Source: Pseudomonadota bacterium (GTDB lineage Bacteria; Pseudomonadota; Gammaproteobacteria; Pseudomonadales; JAHEIH01). From it: 39,162 nt of DNA. This document shows, piece after piece, positions 1 through 9,293 of the stretch; within the stretch, counting starts at the first letter, position 1; every line of letters begins with the position of its first letter. Where the stretch lies: assembly GCA_041163785.1 (NCBI GenBank), contig JBEAQQ010000143.1:1-39162 (forward strand), in the 5' to 3' direction. Under the pieces are notes generated by a model. The model did not search any database. It was given only the letters and a program-made list of their open reading frames with translations, and was not told the origin of the DNA. The translations under genes and the position numbers were made by a program.

Positions 1-216
1 AACTCTAACTTGTCGTTTTTGAGCATATGACTTCTCACAGAACGATGATCCGCTTTTTCTCTATTTTGGCTGAGTTTAGATTGGGCAGATATCTGCGTAA
101 TCTCGACCTGAAACGGCACCATCAAGGCTGTAGGCAATTAACGCCAATGGATGCTCGGCAATCAGACGACAAATTTCATTTTCATCGGCCTCAACAAAAA
201 TAGGCGGTACAAACAT
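1..216 (-). pseudogene. paiB: PaiB-family FMN-binding negative transcriptional regulator, internally deleted and frameshifted; 3' end runs off the window
   Basis: Hand translation. ATG at 216 gives MFVPPIFVEADENEICRLIAEHPLALIAYSLDG..., a PaiB-like N-terminus, stopping at 76-78 (46 aa). A different frame from about 123 gives MVPFQVEITQISAQSKLSQNREKADH..., containing the PaiB C-terminal KLSQNR motif. The middle of the protein is absent. Confidence 0.7.
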
Positions 217-307
217 TTTAGCTCTAGCATCAAGAACGGCTCACGGGCGACAAGTAAATCATTGCACCCACTCAGTAACAAGCTAAGCGTCTGCCAACCA
301 CTCAATA

Positions 308-1660
308 TCAATTCAACCCAGCAAAATACTCCCTTGCCGCCGCCATCACCTTCGGGGCCAAAATCAATGCAGACAGCATGGTAGGAATGGCCATCAAGGC
401 ATACATCCCCATCATGACATTGAACACAAAGTCCAAGGTAAACGTGCACCCCACAGCAATCATTGCAATGTAGAAATATTTATAGTGTTTAGCGGCACCT
501 TCACCGAACAGGAAGGCGAAACAGCGCTCGCCGTAATAGCCGTAGGTAAACATGGTAGTGCTGGCCAACAGCAGCACCTGGATTGACAACAAGATCTGCC
601 CAATGACACCAAGTTCGTTGCGGTAAACACCCATGGTCAGCTCCACGCCCTGCATGCCCTCAGCTTGTTGCCAGGCACCGGAGGCCAAAATCACCAGCGC
701 CGTGCAGGTACAAATGATAAGGGTATCGATTATTGGCCCCAGCATGCCTACCAGACCCTCTCGAACGGGATGGTTTGTTTTCGCCGCCCCGTGCGCCATC
801 ACTTCCGTGCCTATCCCCGCCTCATTGGAGAACACACCGCGTGAGATACCGATAAGCATGACGCCCCCCAGCCCACCAGCCACGGCTTGGGGATTAAACG
901 CCTCGCGGAAAATAGCGCCAAATAGCGCAGGTAACTCTGCAACGTGCTGCGCCAACACAAACAAGGTCATGGCGATGTACATCAACGCCATACTCGGTAC
1001 GAGCTTGGTGGCCACCGTAGCCACACGCGCCAAGCCACCGTATAAAATGGCGCCCACTACTACAGAAAGGACGATCGCCATTCCCCAATTCACGACTGGC
1101 GAGCTGACCAAAGCAAAATTAGGCAGTAGCTCTTCGCGTACCACAGCGGTCAACTGGTTAGCCTGAAAGGCTGGCATAGTGCCGAACAAACCCGCCGTGG
1201 CAAATAAGATAGCGAGAGGTTTCCAGCGCTTACCTAGCCCCTCCATCACCACATACATAGGGCCACCACGAACATGACCGTCGGCGTCAGTGGCACGGAA
1301 CATCACTCCCAAAGTACAGGTGAAAAACTTTGTCGACACGCCCACCAAGGCCGACACCCACATCCAGAACACCGCGCCGGGGCCGCCGGCGGTAATAGCG
1401 AGCGCTACCCCGGCAATATTGCCCATACCCACCGTGCCCGCCAGCGCAGTCGAGAGTGCCTGTGCGTGGCTAATATCGCCTTTCGCACCACCATCATCGA
1501 AACGTCCCGTCAACAGATCGAAGCCATGCTTCAAGTAGCGAAACGGTGTCAAACGTGAGTACACGGTAAAAAATATGCCACCCCCCACTAAGAGCACCAA
1601 CATGCTATTGCCCCAAACAAAATTGTTGAAGGCCGCCGCCCATTGATTCAAAAGTTCCAT
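308..1660 (-). CDS. Alanine/glycine:cation symporter (AGCS family)
   Basis: Motifs ALAGTVGMGNIAGVA, GGPGAVFWMW, GGPMY, RGVFSNEAGIG; multiple TM helices. Start placed at ATG 1660 behind GAGG; the ORF extends to 1678. Confidence 0.93.
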   Translation of the reverse strand: MELLNQWAAAFNNFVWGNSMLVLLVGGGIFFTVYSRLTPFRYLKHGFDLLTGRFDDGGAKGDISHAQALSTALAGTVGMGNIAGVALAITAGGPGAVFWMWVSALVGVSTKFFTCTLGVMFRATDADGHVRGGPMYVVMEGLGKRWKPLAILFATAGLFGTMPAFQANQLTAVVREELLPNFALVSSPVVNWGMAIVLSVVVGAILYGGLARVATVATKLVPSMALMYIAMTLFVLAQHVAELPALFGAIFREAFNPQAVAGGLGGVMLIGISRGVFSNEAGIGTEVMAHGAAKTNHPVREGLVGMLGPIIDTLIICTCTALVILASGAWQQAEGMQGVELTMGVYRNELGVIGQILLSIQVLLLASTTMFTYGYYGERCFAFLFGEGAAKHYKYFYIAMIAVGCTFTLDFVFNVMMGMYALMAIPTMLSALILAPKVMAAAREYFAGLN

Positions 1661-1790
1661 GCTGTTGTTTTTCCTCACCTAAAAGTAGCGCCATCATACC
1701 CAATCAGCCTCCAGCTATATAGCTTTAAGCTGAATAAGCCACCACCGGCGGCAACAAATGCTACACTTTTAGTCAACGTATGGGGGTGGT

Positions 1791-2441
1791 ATGAAACAAC
1801 TAAAAAGTATCGCGCTGTGCTGTCTAGCATTGGTCATGGGCGGTTGCGAGAGCATGAAATACAGCGCGCTGGAAAAAGTGGGGATCCACAAGCGCGACAT
1901 TTTGATCGACAGAATTGAAGACACCCAAGAGGCGCAGGAGGAAGGACAGGAACAGTTCAAATCGGCGCTGGAACAGTTTCGTAGCGTGGTCGCTTTTGAC
2001 GGCGGGGAACTGGAGCGCATGTACCAAAAGTTCGATGACGAATACCGCGCCTGCGAAGACGCCGCCAATGATATTAGCGAACATATCGACTCGGTAGAAA
2101 CTGTAGCTGACGCCCTGTTTAACGAGTGGCAAAACGAGCTGAATGAGTATCAAAATGCTAAGTTGCGCCGCGCGAGCGAGAAACAACTTAACGACACCAA
2201 ACAGCGTTACCGCCAAATCCTGGGAGCCATGCGCCAATCCGAGCGTGCCGTTCAGCCTGTGTTAGCCATTCTGCACGACAACGTACTGTTCCTGAAACAC
2301 AATCTCAACGCACGCGCGGTGGGAAGTTTGAGGGGCGAGCTGGCCAATATCGATAGAGAAATTGCCCAGCTGACCCAAAGCATGCAGCGCTCGATTACCG
2401 AATCGCAGCGCTTTATTGACTCGCTTAAGGACGCTCCTTAA
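1791..2441 (+). CDS. DUF2959 family lipoprotein
   Basis: Lipobox-like VMGGC; KRDILIDRIE...QFKSALEQF and VLFLKHNLNARAVGSL motifs; coiled-coil character. Confidence 0.8.
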   Translation: MKQLKSIALCCLALVMGGCESMKYSALEKVGIHKRDILIDRIEDTQEAQEEGQEQFKSALEQFRSVVAFDGGELERMYQKFDDEYRACEDAANDISEHIDSVETVADALFNEWQNELNEYQNAKLRRASEKQLNDTKQRYRQILGAMRQSERAVQPVLAILHDNVLFLKHNLNARAVGSLRGELANIDREIAQLTQSMQRSITESQRFIDSLKDAP

Positions 2442-3132
2442 GCACTTTGCCACGGCCAGAGCCAATGGTCTCGAAGTTGGCACTGGCCGCCGATTTAACC
2501 ACGATATCGCCCGAGCCAATCACCTCACCGCGGGTCACTTCGGTATCTAACTCACGCCCATCAAAATCCCCGCTGCCAATAATCTCAACCACCGCCTTGG
2601 CCGCTGCACCGCTGACGGCAATATCGCCGCTGCCCATGATTTCAGCACGCACCGTCACCGCGGTCAGATTGTTCAACTCGACATCCCCTGAGCCCGCCAA
2701 TTCAACGCGCACCAAGCGGCCATTGACCTCGTCAAAGCGAATATCACCCGAGCCATTCAGCTCGATACGCACCTCGTCGGTATCTAAACGATCACCATGC
2801 AAAGATCCCGATCCTGACAGCTCTATGAAATCCAGGGTAGGCGCAGTAACGACAAACTCACCCACGGCCGAACCACCAAACCAGCCCTTCTCGTGCACGT
2901 CTAACTCTAGACGTCCGCGTCGACTGACGTCGGCTTGCACACGAGGCAAATAATCCCTTTCGATAGTCACCGTCACGCGCTGTGGCTCACCACGGATGTA
3001 GGTGACTGACGATGCGCCACTTAACTCGAGGCCTTTAAAGGCTTTTACATCGAGCTCCTCTGTCACCTTGTCGGCGTGGACCAACATGGCACTCGATAAC
3101 AGCACCGCACTCAAAACTAATTTAGAAAACAT
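2425..3132 (-). CDS. Secreted DUF2807 / head GIN domain (beta-helix) protein
   Basis: Signal peptide ending VHA-D; repeated (I/V)ELxGSGD(I/V) units about every 19 aa; SD-like AAGGAGAAAGG upstream. Confidence 0.8.
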   Translation of the reverse strand: MFSKLVLSAVLLSSAMLVHADKVTEELDVKAFKGLELSGASSVTYIRGEPQRVTVTIERDYLPRVQADVSRRGRLELDVHEKGWFGGSAVGEFVVTAPTLDFIELSGSGSLHGDRLDTDEVRIELNGSGDIRFDEVNGRLVRVELAGSGDVELNNLTAVTVRAEIMGSGDIAVSGAAAKAVVEIIGSGDFDGRELDTEVTRGEVIGSGDIVVKSAASANFETIGSGRGKVLKERP

Positions 3133-3248
3133 ACCTTTCTCCTTGTGTTTTCTCTATGACGCACCTCGTTGCTACATTGGATGCACACCGTGAAACATTT
3201 TTTCGATACTCACAATACGCTCAAAATATGTGCCAAAAATGTACCCTG

Positions 3249-3257
3249 TGCTATAGT
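3249..3257 (+). promoter_or_regulatory. Extended -10 sigma70 promoter for ppa
   Basis: TGcTATAGT about 40 nt upstream of the ppa ATG. Confidence 0.5.
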
Positions 3258-3294
3258 TGCGGCTTTAACAACAGCATCATTTAAGGGCCTAACA

Positions 3295-3843
3295 ATGAGT
3301 TTGAACGATGTACCTGCTGGCAAGAGCCTGCCCGATGACGTCAACGTCATCATCGAAATCCCCATGAACAGCGATCCTATCAAATACGAAGTGGACAAAG
3401 ATTCTGGCGCCATTTTCGTTGATCGCATGTTGGGTACCGCTATGCACTATCCTTGCAACTACGGCTACATCCCGCACACACTCTGTGGCGACGGTGACCC
3501 AGTCGACGTATTGGTTGTTATGCCTCTGCCTCTGCTACACGGCAGTGTAGTACGCTGCCGCCCCGTTGGCGTTTTGAAAATGACCGACGAAAGCGGTGAA
3601 GATGCTAAATTGATCGCTGTACCCCACAGCAAAATCACCCCCTTGTACGACAACGTTAAAGACGTCACCGATCTGCCCGAGCTTACCCTCAAGCAAATTG
3701 GCCATTTCTTCGAGCACTACAAAGATTTGGAAGCAGGCAAGTGGGTTAAGGTGGATGGCTGGGAAGGCGTAGAAGCCGCCCGCGCTGAAATTGTTGACTC
3801 AGTGAAGCGTTACGAAGCAGCGGCTGACAAGCCTAACTTCTAA
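3295..3843 (+). CDS. ppa: Inorganic pyrophosphatase (family I)
   Basis: [23 protein letters not shown] active-site motif, FFEHYKDLE. True start MSL at 3295. Confidence 0.97.
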   Translation: MSLNDVPAGKSLPDDVNVIIEIPMNSDPIKYEVDKDSGAIFVDRMLGTAMHYPCNYGYIPHTLCGDGDPVDVLVVMPLPLLHGSVVRCRPVGVLKMTDESGEDAKLIAVPHSKITPLYDNVKDVTDLPELTLKQIGHFFEHYKDLEAGKWVKVDGWEGVEAARAEIVDSVKRYEAAADKPNF

Positions 3844-3853
3844 CTTCCGCACA

Positions 3854-3877
3854 AGGGTCGCTGCCAACAGCGGCCCT
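3854..3877. terminator. Hairpin between convergent ppa and M15 peptidase genes
   Basis: AGGGTCGCTG-CCAA-CAGCGGCCCT, a 10-bp stem with one G-U; no strong U tract. Confidence 0.55.
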
Positions 3878-3879
3878 GG

Positions 3880-4569
3880 TTAGCCTTTATAGATATAGCG
3901 CTGCCAAATCTGCTCAAACTGATCGAGTATCGCGCGCTGCCCCTCAATCTCGACACTCGCCAATACCTTTTTCACCGCCTCAGGGCAGATAATTGACTGT
4001 GCCGCACTGGCCACACCGCGATGGCTAATATGCCATGGCTCGACCGCCACACCCCCTTTATCCTCAGCATACGGCCGGAAAAAACCACGCCAATCGCCCG
4101 CGGCGAACCCCTCAGCAAAACAACGCCCCAGTTTATGAAAAGGACCAGACTCTGCATATTCTTCTGGCACGAGCTGCAAACTGTAACCCGCTGGCATAGC
4201 CGCTAAATCGTACACATCAAGATCACTCCCCCAGTGATGACGCGAACAACCTGGCAACGCCGTCCAACGCAAAACGAGGGGTAATTTTTCTGCATCGGAG
4301 AGGTGGTCGAGCACGACGATTTGGCCTCGATCGTCCAGCACGGGACGTTGGCCACGCATCTTTTCGTTCCAGAGGGTAAGTTGCTGGTTAAAACTGCGAT
4401 AGCTGCTGGCGATAGCCAACTGAATACCTTGGCTTGCACAGTATTCGCGCAACGTTAAGAAATCTGCCAAGGCGTCGGAGTGAAGGCGCCTGACAGCAGC
4501 ACCACAACCCGGCACATCGACCAAGTGCTGCTCTGTCAGGCCGAGCGCCTGGTCGGCACTCAATATCAT
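3880..4569 (-). CDS. M15 family D-Ala-D-Ala carboxypeptidase (VanY-like)
   Basis: SSYRS, PGCSRHHWGSDLD (SxHxxGxxxD) and EPWH zinc motifs. Confidence 0.88.
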   Translation of the reverse strand: MILSADQALGLTEQHLVDVPGCGAAVRRLHSDALADFLTLREYCASQGIQLAIASSYRSFNQQLTLWNEKMRGQRPVLDDRGQIVVLDHLSDAEKLPLVLRWTALPGCSRHHWGSDLDVYDLAAMPAGYSLQLVPEEYAESGPFHKLGRCFAEGFAAGDWRGFFRPYAEDKGGVAVEPWHISHRGVASAAQSIICPEAVKKVLASVEIEGQRAILDQFEQIWQRYIYKG

Positions 4570-4572
4570 AGG

Positions 4573-5616
4573 CTAGGCGTCTGGTCTAACACCGCTGTCG
4601 CGCACGGCGCCAGGGGTCATACCAGTCCACTGTTTGAACGCGCGACGAAAGTTCGACGCGTCACTAAAGCCCAGCTGGTTGGCCACTTTTTCAACGCTCC
4701 ACTGACGGCTCGTGAGATATTCCACAGCACGCTCTTTGCGTACTTCGTTAAGCAGCGCCTGGTACGAAGTATCGTGCTCGCTAAGACGACGGCACAGTGT
4801 GCGAGGTGAAAGGTGCAAACAACTCGCCATATCTTCCAGGGTTGGGAATTGGCCATGAGTGTTTTGTAGCAACTGGCGAATGCAGCCTGGTAGCGAACGC
4901 ATCTTTCGGACCACGTCGATCAACAGATGATCGGTGTAGTCCTTATTAAAATGAGACAGGGTTTTATTTCTGGTGCCCAAGTTGATTTCGTAAACGTTGT
5001 GATCCAACAACATCTCGGTCGATTCTTTATCAAAGTAGACCGGGCATCCGAAAAACTCTTGGTAAACCTTGGCGTAACCGTCATCGGCAAAGGGCATACC
5101 CAGGGCCTTGTATATTTTGCCGCCCTTGGTCAACAAGCTAATGATCATCATGGTGGAGGACAGTACGGCCTCTGTCACGAAACGATTCACCTCAGGTGGC
5201 ATGTCCTCGCCGTACAGCAGCTCCATATTCGCCAGGTAATCCACACCCGAACGGTGCATATCCAAGCGCATCGATAAACCAGAAAAACCGTAGTACTTGA
5301 CCAGCTGCTCAAGCGCATCGCCGACATTCTCACTGTTGCAAGCCGCCTGACCAAACACACCCATGGTGGCGACATCCCAATGACGGCCAAAATAAAGCCC
5401 CAAATTGCGCTCGCCGGTCAGCTCAATAGCACGGCTGATCATATTCATAAATTCAACAGGAACAACGCGATCATTGCGCTCTAGCTTGTCAAACGTCTTG
5501 TCTGTGAGGAGGCGCGAATCTGCTCCAAACTGCTGTGCAACCTTTTGTAACATGAGCGGGTAATCTCGTGTTAACACCGGTTTACTGCGCTTAAAAGTGG
5601 TTTCTTGTATACGCAT
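4573..5616 (-). CDS. AraC family regulator (OruR/ArgR-like, Arabinose_bd_2 N-domain)
   Basis: C-terminal double HTH (LHLSPRTLCRRL; VANQLGFSDASNFRRAFKQWTGMTP); N-terminal LGLYFG...MGVFG pattern. Confidence 0.9.
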   Translation of the reverse strand: MRIQETTFKRSKPVLTRDYPLMLQKVAQQFGADSRLLTDKTFDKLERNDRVVPVEFMNMISRAIELTGERNLGLYFGRHWDVATMGVFGQAACNSENVGDALEQLVKYYGFSGLSMRLDMHRSGVDYLANMELLYGEDMPPEVNRFVTEAVLSSTMMIISLLTKGGKIYKALGMPFADDGYAKVYQEFFGCPVYFDKESTEMLLDHNVYEINLGTRNKTLSHFNKDYTDHLLIDVVRKMRSLPGCIRQLLQNTHGQFPTLEDMASCLHLSPRTLCRRLSEHDTSYQALLNEVRKERAVEYLTSRQWSVEKVANQLGFSDASNFRRAFKQWTGMTPGAVRDSGVRPDA

Positions 5617-5648
5617 TGTGCTTAGTTTCCTGTGTTGTATTGCGCTGG

Positions 5649-5673
5649 TAGATTCAACGATGTGTTGAATCTA
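5649..5673. repeat. Perfect 10-bp inverted repeat upstream of the AraC gene
   Basis: TAGATTCAAC-GATGT-GTTGAATCTA. Confidence 0.6.
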
Positions 5674-5750
5674 TAGTGGCTGGGCGCAATTATCAATGTA
5701 TTGTTATAAGTCATTTGATGCCACTGCGGCGCGAAATGATACACCTTTAG

Positions 5751-6440
5751 TTAGATACGGTAAATACCTCCCTCCAGTTCCGCCTTCAAGGTAATAACAT
5801 GCAATCCTTGTTGTTGAGCCTCGGCCAAGGCATCCGCGTAGGCCGCGTGTATGTGCCTAGCGGGCGCAACGCGCTGAATGCCTTGATGCTGTATGACATA
5901 GACCAAAGTCGCTTCTACGTCGTCTTTTTGCATCGCCTGTCGCAGATGAGCGATATGCTTAACACCGCGCTCACTCTTGGCATCAGGAAAAAAACCCAAC
6001 CCATTTTCGCCACACAGCGTGACACTCTTAATTTCTACCAAGCAATTGCGCCGCGTAGGGTGACCACTGAGCAAGGCATCGGCTCGCGACTGGCCATCGG
6101 CATAGGGCACCTCCCTAACAAGGTTGCGATACCCCTTAAATGCCGGTAAACGGCCAGCATTAAATGCCTGTTCGAAGAGGGTGTTGGCGCCTGCGGAATA
6201 AATATTTGCCAGACCTTGTGGCGTTTCAACGTAGCGCCAACCCCAGGCGTATTTGGCCTTTTTATTGGCTGCAGGCTGCAACCACACCGTTGCACCGGGC
6301 TCGGCACAGCCTGTCATCGCACCAGTATTTGGGCAGTGAACAGTGACCACCTCACCATTGGGGAGGCGCACGTCGGCCAAAAAACGCTTGTAGCGCTTGA
6401 TCAGTTCAGCGCGTTGGTAGTCGTCTGGGAAACGCATCAC
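5751..6440 (-). CDS. sfsA: DNA/RNA nuclease SfsA
   Basis: RYKRFLADV, HCPNTGAM, VEIKSVTL, FFPDAKSERGVKH. Confidence 0.95.
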   Translation of the reverse strand: MMRFPDDYQRAELIKRYKRFLADVRLPNGEVVTVHCPNTGAMTGCAEPGATVWLQPAANKKAKYAWGWRYVETPQGLANIYSAGANTLFEQAFNAGRLPAFKGYRNLVREVPYADGQSRADALLSGHPTRRNCLVEIKSVTLCGENGLGFFPDAKSERGVKHIAHLRQAMQKDDVEATLVYVIQHQGIQRVAPARHIHAAYADALAEAQQQGLHVITLKAELEGGIYRI

Positions 6441-7603
6441 GCCAGTGCGCGCTGCAAACGCGCCAGCGCATCACGCAAACCTTCTTCGGGCAGTGTATAG
6501 GCAAAGCGTACATGGTGATGGCCATGCGCTTCGCTAAAGTCAGTACCCGGCGTCAACGCCACACCAAAGCGCTCCAGAATATCGATACAAAATGCTTCAC
6601 TGTCCGCCCACCGGCCAGACGCCAAAAAGGGCTGGATATCGGCATAAATGTAGTAAGCTCCTTGCGGCAGATGCGACAAACCAAAGCCCAATGCCTGCAA
6701 GCCCTGCCACAAAATATCACGGCGGCGTGCAAATTCGTCGCGCCTTGCATCTAGCAAAGCGCGATTGTCTGGCGCGAACGCCGCCAATGCCGCGTGCTGA
6801 GAAGTCACAGGAGAAGAGATAAATAAGTTCTGTGCTAGCTTTTCTATGTTCTCCATGGCGTGCTCAGGTGCCACCATCCACCCCAATCGCCAACCAGTCA
6901 TGCCGAAATATTTTGAAAAGCTATTAATCACAAAGGCACTGGGATCAACCTCGAGGGCACTATGACACCGCTCGCCATACGACAGGCCCTGGTAAATTTC
7001 ATCGGCGATCAGCACGCCACCCCTGGCCCTGACCGCCGCTGCAATATCTTGCAACTGGGCAAGCGACAAGACCTCCCCAGTGGGGTTCGCCGGCGAGGCC
7101 ACCAACACACCCGCGGTGGACGCCGCCCAGTGCTGGTTAATTAATTTACCATTCAATTGATAACGCTGCGACGGGCCAACCTCAACAAAACTGGCTGCGC
7201 CAGCAACTATCCGCAAAAACTGCTGATTACAGGGGTAACTAGGATCCGCCATGAGCAGTGTTTGCCCAGGGTTAACCAACAGCGCCGACGCCAACAGCAA
7301 GGCGCCGGAGGCGCCAGGTGTAACGACGATTCTACTGGGCGAAATATCCAAGCCGTAGTCAGAGGCATAGTAGTCTGCAATGGCTTGTCTCAGGGCGGGA
7401 ATACCGAGCGCCTGGGTGTAACCCGTCTGCTGTGACTGCAACGACGCCACACCGGCATCGATAATAGGCTGAATCGTTGCAAAATCCGGCTCCCCTACCT
7501 CCATGTGCAAAATATGTCGCCCTTGGGCCTGCAGTTCTTTGGCACGCTCCATCACTGCCATGACCTTAAATGGCGCTATTTTGCTGACCCGATCTGCGAA
7601 CAT
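6437..7603 (-). CDS. PLP-dependent class I/II aminotransferase
   Basis: EVGEPDF, SPANPTG, DEIY, NSFSKYFGMTGWRLG. Start at ATG 7603; the stop overlaps the sfsA start. Confidence 0.92.
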   Translation of the reverse strand: MFADRVSKIAPFKVMAVMERAKELQAQGRHILHMEVGEPDFATIQPIIDAGVASLQSQQTGYTQALGIPALRQAIADYYASDYGLDISPSRIVVTPGASGALLLASALLVNPGQTLLMADPSYPCNQQFLRIVAGAASFVEVGPSQRYQLNGKLINQHWAASTAGVLVASPANPTGEVLSLAQLQDIAAAVRARGGVLIADEIYQGLSYGERCHSALEVDPSAFVINSFSKYFGMTGWRLGWMVAPEHAMENIEKLAQNLFISSPVTSQHAALAAFAPDNRALLDARRDEFARRRDILWQGLQALGFGLSHLPQGAYYIYADIQPFLASGRWADSEAFCIDILERFGVALTPGTDFSEAHGHHHVRFAYTLPEEGLRDALARLQRALA

Positions 7604-7771
7604 GTTTCCCCCACTGGCAACGTCTTGCCTCAAAAATTGGCTAAGCATAACAAACTGATTGGCCTAAGGTGCAATTAGCAGTAGCGTCGCTGACAACATT
7701 CTGTTAATTTCCGTTTTTTATGCCATCCTTTGGATTGTACACATCACTGGACGAACAGTAAGGGCACATTT

Positions 7772-8200
7772 ATGCCAAGTAACGATACCGCTTTTAAACA
7801 TTTCGAACCCTACGTACCCGCCGATGGCGAAGAGTACATGAACGAAAAGCAGCGCGAGCATTTTAAAAATATTTTATATGCTTGGAAAAGCGAACTCATG
7901 GAAGAAGTGGATCGCACCGTGACCCACATGAAGGATGAAGCCTCTAACTTCCCCGATCCCGCCGACCGTGCTAGCCAAGAAGAAGAGTTTAGCCTTGAAC
8001 TACGCACCCGCGACCGCGAGCGCAAGCTGATCAAGAAGATCGAAAAAACCATCGAGCTGATTGAGCACGACGATTACGGCTACTGCGAAACATGCGGCGT
8101 AGAAATCGGCATTAAACGCCTAGAAGCTCGCCCTACCGCCGACCTTTGCATCGACTGCAAAACGCTCGACGAAATCAAAGAGAAACAGTTGAAAGGCTAG
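7772..8200 (+). CDS. dksA: RNA polymerase-binding factor DksA
   Basis: [19 protein letters not shown] coiled-coil tip, C4 zinc finger (CETC...CIDC). Confidence 0.97.
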   Translation: MPSNDTAFKHFEPYVPADGEEYMNEKQREHFKNILYAWKSELMEEVDRTVTHMKDEASNFPDPADRASQEEEFSLELRTRDRERKLIKKIEKTIELIEHDDYGYCETCGVEIGIKRLEARPTADLCIDCKTLDEIKEKQLKG

Positions 8201-9072
8201 TGCCTACGACACCTTACCGGGGGCGATTTGCCCCCTCTCCCTCGGGCCCACTCCACCTAGGCTCACTGCTCGCTGCGACAGCCAGTTATTTAGACGCCAA
8301 AGCCAATCATGGCGAATGGCTTGTGCGCATTGAAGATATCGATCCACCACGCGAACAACCCGGCGCCAGCGACACCATATTATCTACCCTTCTGGCCCAC
8401 GGCCTGCAGTGGGATGGCGAAGTCATGTACCAAAGTGCTCGATCAGCGGCGTACGACGCTGTACTTGACGAACTGTGGCGACGCGAAGAACTTTTTTACT
8501 GCACCTGCACACGCGCCGATCTGCAGGGTAGCCGGTCCTACCCTGGCAAGTGCCGCCAGCAACTCACACCCCCAACAGTACCCGCCGCGTGGCGACTGCG
8601 CTGCGACAACAGCACGCAAGCTTGGCAGGACGGATTTCAAGGGCCGCAATCATGGTCAATGCGAGATATTGGCGACACCATACTTAAACGCAAAGACGGC
8701 CTTTACGCCTATCAGCTCGCGGTAGTGGTCGACGATCACGCGCAAGGTATTACACACGTGGTGCGTGGCATCGACCTCATCGATAGCACGCCAAGACAGC
8801 TTTACCTGTTTGCACAATTGCATTGGTCGCCCCCCCAATACAGCCATCTCCCGGTTATTTTAGACGAACACGGCCACAAGCTAAGCAAACAAAATCACGC
8901 TCCAGCCGTTGACGACACGCAGGCGACTGCCAACTTACTGCAATGCCTCGGATGGCTGGGACAGGCACAACCTACCCACCTTAATCACCCCGCCGATATT
9001 TTAGCCTACGCGGTAGAACACTGGCAGCCATCACGCCTACAGGGCGTTCACGATATCGCACTCGCCGAGTGA
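8200..9072 (+). CDS. gluQ: tRNA glutamyl-Q(34) synthetase GluQRS
   Basis: RFAPSPSGPLHLGS, RIEDID, CxC..Y...C zinc site, KLSKQ; no anticodon domain. GTG overlaps the dksA stop (TAGTG). Confidence 0.95.
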   Translation: MPTTPYRGRFAPSPSGPLHLGSLLAATASYLDAKANHGEWLVRIEDIDPPREQPGASDTILSTLLAHGLQWDGEVMYQSARSAAYDAVLDELWRREELFYCTCTRADLQGSRSYPGKCRQQLTPPTVPAAWRLRCDNSTQAWQDGFQGPQSWSMRDIGDTILKRKDGLYAYQLAVVVDDHAQGITHVVRGIDLIDSTPRQLYLFAQLHWSPPQYSHLPVILDEHGHKLSKQNHAPAVDDTQATANLLQCLGWLGQAQPTHLNHPADILAYAVEHWQPSRLQGVHDIALAE

Positions 9073-9107
9073 CTAGTATAAAATGGCCGACCACATGCGA
9101 GGTCGCC

Positions 9108-9293
9108 GTGCTAATACACCGAAGTACCATTTTGATCATTCTTGCTCTACTCCTTATGGCGCCGCTGCTTCGCGACTGGGTCATGACGGGCGGCGCCGCT
9201 TGGTATCGGCTGTTTGTAGTGTGGCTATTCATCATTTTGCTACTGACATGGAACCAGCGTCTCATTAAACGTCGAGGTCAACCACGTGCTTAG
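9108..9293 (+). CDS. cbrX: Small two-TM membrane peptide, CbrX-like (61 aa)
   Basis: GAGG SD then GTG at 9108; sequence (M)LIHRSTILIILALLLMAPLLRDWVMTGGAAWYRLFVVWLFII... with a P...DW...AWYR...W pattern like pseudomonad CbrX (from memory). Overlaps the cbrA start by 8 nt. Confidence 0.75.
   Translation: MLIHRSTILIILALLLMAPLLRDWVMTGGAAWYRLFVVWLFIILLLTWNQRLIKRRGQPRA

Noticed and set aside
151-449. 77-aa (+) and 95-aa (-) ORFs at the left end
   Set aside because: They overlap the symporter and the paiB remnant in other frames and have no protein-like features.
1680-1790. Sigma54 promoter upstream of the symporter
   Set aside because: The best TGGC...GC candidate has 8 rather than 10 nt between GG and GC.
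2460-2830. Periodic DNA similarity in the DUF2807 gene
   Set aside because: Explained by the GSGD beta-helix protein repeats.
3169-3294. N-terminal extensions from the ORF track (ppa, dksA, gluQ, folB, rpsU, putA, fusA, ycjY)
   Set aside because: Downstream starts match family N-termini and SD positions; the extensions overlap promoters or neighbouring genes.
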